DNA from: Xuanwuvirus P884B11
DNA: 37,100 nucleotides
Reading direction: 5' to 3' (one strand)
Sequence record: NC_049391.1
Part shown: positions 19,794 through 27,071 of the stretch, piece after piece
Position numbering within the stretch: position 1 is the stretch's first letter
Layout of the letters: every line of letters starts with the position of its first letter
Position numbers and translations under genes: made by a program
The notes under the pieces: model-generated
What the model was told of the DNA's origin: nothing
Database searches by the model: none
Seen by the model: only the letters and a program-made list of their open reading frames with translations

Positions 19794-20095
19794 AACTGAA
19801 TAAAATCGCGTGACGACATTTTTTTAATCATCACTTCATCCAGTCGTGGCGAGGTCACGCGAGGCAACAGCGTAAACATGGTATCCGCTTTCAGATTCAG
19901 CACATCAGACAGCGACAGACCACGCAGGGATCCAGCCTGCTCAATAGCCCCGGTGATCTCCACATACGTGATTTTTTCGCCACCACGCTCAATTGGTCGG
20001 GTCAGTTTTACGCCACGTTCGACAGCCATATCCTCACCTGCCGTCACATCATCCGCCACGGTGTTATTCCGGGTTTCAGTATCGATGTCTTTCAT
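19721..20095 (-). CDS. E: Tail assembly chaperone, P2 gpE-like
   Basis: 124 aa with AAGGAG RBS 7 nt upstream; GSLRGLSLSDV region aligns with P2 E (GTLRGVSLAAV). Confidence 0.8.
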   Translation of the reverse strand: MKDIDTETRNNTVADDVTAGEDMAVERGVKLTRPIERGGEKITYVEITGAIEQAGSLRGLSLSDVLNLKADTMFTLLPRVTSPRLDEVMIKKMSSRDFIQLCAVAVNFMSEPDSGAKSVQETAA

Positions 20096-20150
20096 CAGTT
20101 GTCTCCTTTTCAGTCAGAGGCGACGCACTGCGCCGCCTGCATATTACTTA

Positions 20151-20663
20151 TCAGCCAAGCCCAAGCGCGGAACGGATACGGTCAGGCACAATGTCCTTGC
20201 CGTCCTTCCGGTAGATGTGGTTCAACAGGTCGATTTCCCACAGCGGGCGATCGTTAACGCTCAGCTTGTAGTAGGTGTTTTTGACAGCGTAAGTGTGTGA
20301 TGTGGCTTCGCCCTGTTTGGCTTCCCCCATATCAATTTCCGTCACACGCCCGCGCATCTCGATTTCATACAGATCGCTTTCTGCATCGGTGTAGTATTCA
20401 CCCGCAAAACGCAGCAGCGTGCCGTCAATCGTGCCGCCATATTTAAGGAACAGCGCACGAACAGCTCCCCCCATGACAAAACTCGCATCAAGCGCGGAGT
20501 CGTCCAGACCGAGATCAATACTTACCGCCCCCATCATGCCACCACCACGATAGCTGTCGGTTTTGCGCGTCAGTTTGGGCGGCGTGACGGATGTCACTTT
20601 GCCCACTTCGTTTTCACCATCCACAAACAACGTAAAAAAGCGAAGATGTTTTGGTACAGCCAT
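20151..20663 (-). CDS. FII: Tail tube protein, P2 gpFII-like
   Basis: 170 aa; PKLTRK..YRGGGM..DLGLDD matches P2 FII motifs. Confidence 0.88.
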   Translation of the reverse strand: MAVPKHLRFFTLFVDGENEVGKVTSVTPPKLTRKTDSYRGGGMMGAVSIDLGLDDSALDASFVMGGAVRALFLKYGGTIDGTLLRFAGEYYTDAESDLYEIEMRGRVTEIDMGEAKQGEATSHTYAVKNTYYKLSVNDRPLWEIDLLNHIYRKDGKDIVPDRIRSALGLG

Positions 20664-21847
20664 CAGGCACCTCCCAGCACCGCAAATGCGGGACCAAAGA
20701 ATTCATCAGTAAACGTCTGGTAAAGCTCCATGTCTTCCAGTGGCGGAACGGGCGTATATTTGTAGCGAATACGCACACGTCCCTGACGTAAATTCGTGGT
20801 GCCGTTATCCACCACGTCATACCAGCACTCCGCACCAATCAGTTTCCCGGCAGTAACCAGCGAATCCAGTTTTGCCCTGATGGCGCTGATAACATCCTTC
20901 ACGTTCGCAGGTGTCAGTGGACTGTCGATGGTTTCAAACTGCGCTTCCGCAATTGAATCAGCCAGCACCTGTGCGGTTCGGGTATACACCTCAAAGATGT
21001 AGGCGTTCGTTTCCGGTGTGCGGTTGCCCCAGAAGCGGAACCCGTTGCGACGAATAATGGTCGTGATTTCTTTGTTGTTGAGGCTGTTGGCATCACTGTC
21101 TTCGGCCTGCAACGACCAGAACACATGCCTGGACATTCCCAGCACATTTTTAACCGGAACGTTGGACAGCGATTTGTGCCAGCCCTGCTCATGGTCAATG
21201 TACGCACGAAGGCCGCACGCATAAGCAGGCGCGGGGAACGTTTCGTTTTTGCCACTTTTCGGGTTGTAGGCGATGAAGTCAGGCCATAAGAGCATCACCT
21301 CACGTTCGTTGAATTTCTGGCGGTAGGTAATCGCCTCAGCCATCGTGTTACAACCATGACATGTGGCATACACAAACGCGCGCAGTTTACCCGCAATCAC
21401 GCACAAGGATTTTGTCACCGCCTCCGTGTCCAGCTCCGGCGCGGCCAGAATACGCGGACGGTATCCGATGCTTTCATCCTGCTCTGCAACAAGCAGCGCA
21501 TACATCCCCGTATAGCTGCCGTCAGATTCAGAACCACCGATAACCAGTTGATCCTGCGTTTTTCCGTCTTCTTCTTTGTGTTCAGCCACGCGAACGACGA
21601 TCACCTTTGTGCTCACCTGGTCTGCGATGGCCTTAAGCGCACGATAAAGCGTCCCCGTTGTTCCGCATTTTCCCAGCACGTCATTGACGCGGGTCAGCAA
21701 TGTGGGCTTGTTCAGCGGGAACAGCTCCGCGTCCGCATCATCCGCCGTTACCACGATACCGATAACGCTGGAATCAACATCGTTAATCGCTGTTACCAGG
21801 TCGGTATTTTCCGTAACACGGGCACCATGAAAACGAGTTTCACTCAT
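20663..21847 (-). CDS. FI: Contractile tail sheath protein, P2 gpFI-like
   Basis: 394 aa; motifs DADAELFPLNKP, QGWHKSLSNV, RRNGFRFWGNRT, YKYTPVPPLE match P2 FI. Confidence 0.9.
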   Translation of the reverse strand: MSETRFHGARVTENTDLVTAINDVDSSVIGIVVTADDADAELFPLNKPTLLTRVNDVLGKCGTTGTLYRALKAIADQVSTKVIVVRVAEHKEEDGKTQDQLVIGGSESDGSYTGMYALLVAEQDESIGYRPRILAAPELDTEAVTKSLCVIAGKLRAFVYATCHGCNTMAEAITYRQKFNEREVMLLWPDFIAYNPKSGKNETFPAPAYACGLRAYIDHEQGWHKSLSNVPVKNVLGMSRHVFWSLQAEDSDANSLNNKEITTIIRRNGFRFWGNRTPETNAYIFEVYTRTAQVLADSIAEAQFETIDSPLTPANVKDVISAIRAKLDSLVTAGKLIGAECWYDVVDNGTTNLRQGRVRIRYKYTPVPPLEDMELYQTFTDEFFGPAFAVLGGA

Positions 21848-22004
21848 AGCTTCAGCCCCTTGTATCCGTTAAATGATTCGGCAACAATCATCACCCACCA
21901 CGCGCGTAATCTCACCCCTGCGCCGTTCTCCCGCCACGGCGACAACAAAAAGCAGTAACCCCCTCCGCACGCACATGCGACCATGCCGCACAGGGAGGGA
22001 ACAG

Positions 22005-23114
22005 ATGACCGACACCACCATGCAATTGCTCAGTCAGGGCACAGACCCCGTGAAAATGCCGGATTTTGATATTCTCGCGGAGGGTAAAACGCTGTCAGGC
22101 GTGGCAGAGCGCCTGATGAGCCTGTCACTGACCGACAACCGGGGATTTGAGGCGGACCAGCTCACCATCACGCTGGATGATGCAGATGGTCAGTTGCAGC
22201 TACCGCCACGGGGCGCGCGCCTGACGGTTCTCATTGGCTGGAAAGGAGAACCGCTGACAGAAAAAGGCACTTACATTGTTGATGAAATCGCTCACGAAGG
22301 ACCGCCGGACAGGCTGACTGTTTCAGCCAGAAGCGCAGATTTTCGGGATGAATTTAACGTTAAACGTGAGGTGTCCTGGCATGATGTGACCGTTGAGCGT
22401 GTGGTATCCGCCATCGCTCATCGGTACGGTCTGAAACCGCAAATCAGCGAAATGCTGATGGATATCGAAATCGACCACGCCGACCAGACCGAAGAAAGCG
22501 ACATGTCCTTTCTTACGCGCATGGCGGAAATGCTGGGCGCAATCACCACGGTAAAAAGCGGTAATCTGTTATTCATTATGCCAGGCGGTGGCGTGAACGC
22601 ACAGGGCCAACCGTTGCCATCGTTCGCCATCACGCGCAGCAGTGGCGATCGCCATCAGTTCCGCATTGCTGACCGCGAAGCGTATACGGGTGTACGCGCC
22701 TACTGGCTTGATCTTAATTACGGGAAAAAGAAAAAAGTCAGCGTGAAACGCCGCAAACCGCCAAAACCCAAAAAGGAGAAAAGCAGCAGCCGTGAAGGTG
22801 ATTATATGGAAGGCGCGGAAGGAAATGTGTTTGTGTTACGCAAGACTTATCAGAACGAGCAGGCAGCAAGACGCGCAGCGGCGGCAAAGTGGCAGCAGCT
22901 ACAACGCGGAGCCGCATCATTCTCCATCACACTGGCTCGTGGACGCGCAGAACTCTACCCCGAAATGCATGGCACGGTAACAGGATTTAAAAGCGAGATT
23001 GATAATCAGGACTGGATTATTGCGAAAGCCGATCACACCATTGATAACAGTGGCTTTACCACGCAGCTTGAGCTTGAAGCAAAAATTCCGGAATGGATAG
23101 CAGAAACAGAGTGA
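22005..23114 (+). CDS. D: Tail/late gene D protein, P2 gpD-like
   Basis: Start at MTDTTMQ with GGGAGGG RBS (track ORF starts at 21873, overlapping FI); about 369 aa. Confidence 0.8.
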   Translation: MTDTTMQLLSQGTDPVKMPDFDILAEGKTLSGVAERLMSLSLTDNRGFEADQLTITLDDADGQLQLPPRGARLTVLIGWKGEPLTEKGTYIVDEIAHEGPPDRLTVSARSADFRDEFNVKREVSWHDVTVERVVSAIAHRYGLKPQISEMLMDIEIDHADQTEESDMSFLTRMAEMLGAITTVKSGNLLFIMPGGGVNAQGQPLPSFAITRSSGDRHQFRIADREAYTGVRAYWLDLNYGKKKKVSVKRRKPPKPKKEKSSSREGDYMEGAEGNVFVLRKTYQNEQAARRAAAAKWQQLQRGAASFSITLARGRAELYPEMHGTVTGFKSEIDNQDWIIAKADHTIDNSGFTTQLELEAKIPEWIAETE

Positions 23115-23156
23115 GCAACTTAGAATAGCAGCAGCACCACGTTAAGGGAGGTCGCT

Positions 23157-23417
23157 ATGTTCCGTTGTCCGCTTTGTGGCGCATCTGCCCGTATCCGCAC
23201 CAGTCGTTCGGAAAATGATTCAAACACCGTACGGAAAAAATATTACCAGTGTAACAACCTGGAATGCGGCATAAGTTTCTCAACACTGGAAGCTTTCCAT
23301 AAATTCACATCGAAACACGCCCCCGGCGTTCACTCTTCAGAAGGTATCCCGTGGCATGAGTTGCCAGCTTCACACAGGGGAAACAATCAGATGAGTTTGC
23401 CTTTATCTCAGAATTAA
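23157..23417 (+). CDS. ogr: Late gene transcriptional activator Ogr (zinc-finger), P2 Ogr/186 B-like
   Basis: MFRCPLCG...RTSR...YYQCNNLECGISF: the Cys4 zinc-finger spacing and N-terminus of P2 Ogr. Confidence 0.88.
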   Translation: MFRCPLCGASARIRTSRSENDSNTVRKKYYQCNNLECGISFSTLEAFHKFTSKHAPGVHSSEGIPWHELPASHRGNNQMSLPLSQN

Positions 23418-23607
23418 CAGGCAGAATTGCCGGAGTAACAAAAAAGCGATAGATTACGCGCGGGTGCCTTTCGGCTGATGGTCGGAGGGAATACCCGAAG
23501 GCCAGATGTGGAAAGGCCCCGGAAAACATTTCTGTTTAACCGAGGCCCTAACCGTCTAACCTTAGCAAGTGATAGGTTAGCGCCTCCCTGAAAAAGGAGC
23601 AAGCGCT

Positions 23608-23748
23608 ATGTCGCAAAAATCGCTTACGGCCATCACGTTCTGCGTGACGGCAATCCTCATCATCTGGATGCTGCACGGTTCGCTGTGCGAAATACGGATG
23701 AGCTTCTGGGGAGCGGAGTTTGCGGCGTTCTTACAGTGTAAGCAGTAA
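23608..23748 (+). CDS. Hok/Gef-family type I toxin (small membrane peptide)
   Basis: 46-aa ORF missed by the 60-aa track; hydrophobic TM then SLCEIR...AAF core shared with Hok/Gef; GGAG RBS; upstream hairpin (CTAACCT/AGGTTAG) and strong 3-prime hairpin at 23757-23779. Confidence 0.6.
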   Translation: MSQKSLTAITFCVTAILIIWMLHGSLCEIRMSFWGAEFAAFLQCKQ

Positions 23749-23821
23749 GGAAACCGCGACGGGGGAGCAATCCCCCGTCAATCGGTTGCCAGGGTAAGGT
23801 CGATAAGGCACCCTATCTCAC

Positions 23822-23931
23822 CAATGCCGTTCAGTTAGTTAAGGAATTGAGGTTCGATAGCCCGAACCTCGCGCAGAGGCAATATGACCGAAAGCCTGAT
23901 TCCTTAATGCCCAAGATGAGTCTCTATTCAT
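23822..23931. repeat. Left ~110-bp terminal inverted repeat of the 1.49-kb element
   Basis: Near-identical to the reverse complement of 25201-25307 (a few substitutions, one 3-bp indel); contains nested sub-palindromes TTAAGGAAT...ATTCCTTAA and GAGGTTCG...CGAACCTC. Confidence 0.8.
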
Positions 23932-24157
23932 AAAAGCGCTTAACTACTCGACATTGGCGGTGTATCCCCCGCATTGTCTGAATGCCGCCTCTTACCTTTC
24001 GCGGTCAACTGACGACTTCTAGTTCTAGAACGCCTTGATTTTTTGTACTTGTACATTGAAAAATAACCATAAATTGTTAGCCTGTGCAGTAGACTCAGTG
24101 GTGGTAACTGGTCAGCATGAAGTGTAAAGTGAATAACGAAGCTCTAAAATTATAGGG

Positions 24158-24406
24158 ATGGTCATGAATAATAAGCTAAAGGTAATTGAGTTAAATAGTC
24201 TTGATCTGTTTCGTAAAGAATTACTAACTACTATAAAGCCAGAGAAAGTAGAGAAATTACTTAGATGGTATCTTCAATCATATGGCGGTGTTAATTTCAA
24301 GTTCGGTTATGACAGACCAATTTTTAGAGCGCGAAAGTGCCCAAATGAATGCGGATATAATAACATCAGTGAGATATATCCCCCTCACCAGAAAAATGTA
24401 AAATAG
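24158..24406 (+). CDS. Hypothetical protein; probable N-terminal part of a frameshift-split RES-domain protein
   Basis: 82-aa ORF ending 6 nt before the next ORF; contains PIFRARK, positioned like the conserved N-terminal Arg of RES domains. Confidence 0.5.
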   Translation: MVMNNKLKVIELNSLDLFRKELLTTIKPEKVEKLLRWYLQSYGGVNFKFGYDRPIFRARKCPNECGYNNISEIYPPHQKNVK

Positions 24407-24411
24407 GCCGA

Positions 24412-24990
24412 ATGAATGATGATGGACAAGCTATCTTCTATGGCGCTTATAGTATCGGAACAGCTTTAGCCGAAATTAATGCAAAAGAAGGGGATTATGT
24501 TCACATAGCTCACTTTAAGATGCCGGAAAATTCAGAGTCTGGAATGCGATGTTTTGCTATCGGTGAGGTCTTTAATGTGTATCACGGTGTAAATACAATT
24601 TCAATTGAAGTGTTTAATGAAATTCGCGACATCATTAGCAGAATTGGTAAGGACGACATCCGAGCTTTGCTATCATATTTGTATATGGATGCCCTTTCTG
24701 CTGAGTTGCTTAATAGTATCAATGCCCATGAGGTAAATTATATTTACTCAAGAATTTTTTGCCGTCTTCTTCTTGATAAATACCCTGATGTTGATGGTCT
24801 TATTTATCCTAGCGCTAAAATAAAAGGGGCCTCAAATATCGCTTTGCGCACAGAAACAGTTAAATTGAGAATGCATTTAGTTGCTAATCTTGTGTTTAAA
24901 GTAAATAAAATTTATCCATATGGAATAGTAGATTTCAGTATAGTAAAACAAGCCAAAGGACATACATCAGATGGGCGCATCGTTTGGTGA
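24412..24990 (+). CDS. RES-domain protein (putative NAD-targeting toxin family), C-terminal part
   Basis: 192-aa ORF; the frame is open upstream to give GR-MNDDGQAIFYGAYSIGTALAE (GRxN...Y...E pattern) and later DGLIYPSAKIKGASNIAL (PS motif), the hallmark RES residues as I recall the family. Confidence 0.55.
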   Translation: MNDDGQAIFYGAYSIGTALAEINAKEGDYVHIAHFKMPENSESGMRCFAIGEVFNVYHGVNTISIEVFNEIRDIISRIGKDDIRALLSYLYMDALSAELLNSINAHEVNYIYSRIFCRLLLDKYPDVDGLIYPSAKIKGASNIALRTETVKLRMHLVANLVFKVNKIYPYGIVDFSIVKQAKGHTSDGRIVW

Positions 24991-25200
24991 GCCAAACTTT
25001 TAGTTAGCTGATTGAAAAACCGATGCGTCAGTTTGCACTGCATGTGGTGTATGGGAAGCGCGGGCTTGTAGTGCAGGTCATTTCAGAAGAAGCTAACGAG
25101 AAAGCTTAGACATACTGTGACTACTAAACAAGCAGAAAGCCCGTGTTTATGGGGGCAATCCACACAACAGGCGATGTCGATTAGTTAATACACTTGTATG

Positions 25201-25307
25201 AATAGAGACTCATTTTTGTGCATTAAGGAATCAGGCTTTCAGTCATCTTGCCTCTGCGCGAGGTTCGGGCTATCGAACCTCAATTCCTTAACTGAACTAC
25301 ATTGCCC
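25201..25307. repeat. Right ~110-bp terminal inverted repeat of the 1.49-kb element
   Basis: Reverse complement of the left repeat at 23822-23931. Confidence 0.8.
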
Positions 25308-25502
25308 TATCTCACAGCTCTAAATGCAAAAATCCCATGAAACTGTGGGTATTTCATCACACACTGACACTGCTCTACCTTTCTATATGTATCACTCTAA
25401 ACCAGTTAATCAATTGGCACTTATCAACAACAAAAAATCTGATAAAATCAAAATGTTTTGTAACAAATTTCAGCTTGTAGTGTTCCAAAGGAGACGGATT
25501 AC

Positions 25503-25835
25503 ATGGCATTAATCAAATGTCCTGAATGCCAGAAAGAGGTCAGCGATTCAGCATTATGTTGCCCTGCTTGTGGTAAACAACTGAAAAAACTTAAGCGTTC
25601 ATTTTTTGGAAAACTCATTAAATGGGCTTTTATATTTTTTAATATTTTTATGATCTATACACTTTTAGTTGGACTAGGAGGCGCTGATGAAATAATAAAC
25701 AATACCACATCCGATGCCGAAAAAGCTGGGGCAGTTATTGGTACGGGCTTAGGTTTAATTGTCATTGGAGGCTTATGGGTTATTGGCGATATCATTATCG
25801 GAATTTTAGTATTTCTTACTAAACCAAAGGGATAA
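25503..25835 (+). CDS. Small zinc-ribbon inner-membrane protein (hypothetical)
   Basis: 110 aa; CPEC...CCPACG zinc ribbon, then two hydrophobic helices; AAGGAG RBS; AT-rich codon usage unlike the phage core. Confidence 0.6.
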   Translation: MALIKCPECQKEVSDSALCCPACGKQLKKLKRSFFGKLIKWAFIFFNIFMIYTLLVGLGGADEIINNTTSDAEKAGAVIGTGLGLIVIGGLWVIGDIIIGILVFLTKPKG

Positions 25836-25839
25836 TAAA

Positions 25840-26733
25840 ATGAAAAATATGATTTTTACTATAGGTGCATTATTTATATCAATTAGTGTACTGCCTGTTC
25901 ACGCAGCAACTGAACATAAGAATTTCAATGCAGTGCTCCAGTGCCGAGCGATAGAAAACAATAAAGACAGACTTTCTTGTTATGATAAGTCAATACAACC
26001 GACTCGAACGAAAGTTGCTGAAAAATTTGAAAGCAGGGATCAATGCCCTGATGAGAAAGATGATGACAAACGTTTATCTTGTTATGATCGTTTTTTTTCT
26101 CCAACATTTACTCCATCTGTAAACTCAAAATCTAAAACGGAAAAGCTAGTAACAACAGAGGCTCAGCAACCAAATCTTTCTGAAATATCTAAATGCCGAG
26201 CAGAAAATGATAAAGAAACCAGACTAAACTGCTACGATAAACTATTCCCACAGGATGAAGCTGTTCAATCTGAATCACAATTAGAGAAAGCCACAGATGC
26301 AGGAAAATGGCACACGTCCATTACTACATCGCCAATTGATGATTCGAAAAATGTAATTTTATCGTTAGAAAGTGATGATTATATCAGAACTCCATTTGGA
26401 GAAGCTGTTACTCCCACTCTGTTTATAGCTTGCCGAGAAAAGAAAACCGAAGTATTTCTTAGTTGGGATGTATATTTAGGCCTTGAACAAACCAGCATGC
26501 TGTATCGTCTTGATAAACAGAAAGCAGTTGAAAGAAACTGGCTAATATCTACAGATACAAAGGCTGTTTTTTATAAAGGTAATGATATTGATTTCATAAG
26601 AAAACTTGCCAACTCACATAAAATGTACACAAAAATAACCCCCTATAATGAAAGCCCTGTAAGTGCAACTTTCAATTTAAGCGGCCTGTCAAATGCACTA
26701 AAACCGCTTCAAGATGCTTGTAACTGGAAATAG
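25840..26733 (+). CDS. Secreted (periplasmic) protein with three tandem Cys-pair repeats (hypothetical)
   Basis: 297 aa; signal peptide ending VHA-A; three copies of C-x11-C-YD(K/R) (QCRAIENNKDRLSCYDK, QCPDEKDDDKRLSCYDR, KCRAENDKETRLNCYDK); starts 5 nt after the previous ORF; AT-rich. Confidence 0.6.
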   Translation: MKNMIFTIGALFISISVLPVHAATEHKNFNAVLQCRAIENNKDRLSCYDKSIQPTRTKVAEKFESRDQCPDEKDDDKRLSCYDRFFSPTFTPSVNSKSKTEKLVTTEAQQPNLSEISKCRAENDKETRLNCYDKLFPQDEAVQSESQLEKATDAGKWHTSITTSPIDDSKNVILSLESDDYIRTPFGEAVTPTLFIACREKKTEVFLSWDVYLGLEQTSMLYRLDKQKAVERNWLISTDTKAVFYKGNDIDFIRKLANSHKMYTKITPYNESPVSATFNLSGLSNALKPLQDACNWK

Positions 26734-26754
26734 TATATACCTCCCCAATATCAG

Positions 26755-26792
26755 ATGACAAAACGCCCGTGAAAACGGGCGTTTTGTCATCT
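26755..26792. terminator. Intrinsic terminator-like hairpin after the accessory cassette
   Basis: Perfect 16-bp inverted repeat GATGACAAAACGCCCG / CGGGCGTTTTGTCATC with a 6-nt loop, T-run within the 3-prime arm. Confidence 0.6.
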
Positions 26793-27071
26793 GTAACTCG
26801 AAAATGTGGTCATTGCGTGGACATACGATGATATAAATCCTTTTATATCAAAAGATTAAACCACTATTATTTTCCTCAACAAGGATTTTTAACCCTTTTT
26901 CAGTCTCTGACAATCTAAGGCTCCTTTATCAACAAACGCCCATTTGCAAACTGCTGTTTAATCTGAAAAAACATTAATAATCACACAGATAACAACATAA
27001 CCATTTAGACGGGCAATACTGAAAAATTGTTATTCAGTATCGCCCTTTAAGCCGTTTCAGGCTATATAAAA

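Larger units (their letters stand above)
23822..25307. mobile_element. Candidate non-autonomous insertion element: ~110-bp terminal inverted repeats, 11-bp flanking direct repeat, RES-domain gene cargo
   Basis: CCCTATCTCAC is present in direct orientation immediately outside both ends (23811-23821 and 25308-25318); AT-rich interior; no transposase ORF inside. Confidence 0.55.

Noticed and set aside
21356-21958. 200-aa plus-strand ORF upstream of D
   Set aside because: Mostly antisense to sheath gene FI; the real D start is at 22005 with a strong RBS.
23757-23779. Possible tRNA or tmRNA fragment (GACGGGGGA...TCCCCCGTC)
   Set aside because: The loop is only 4-5 nt and there is no T-loop consensus or acceptor stem; better explained as the 3-prime hairpin of the hok-like mRNA.
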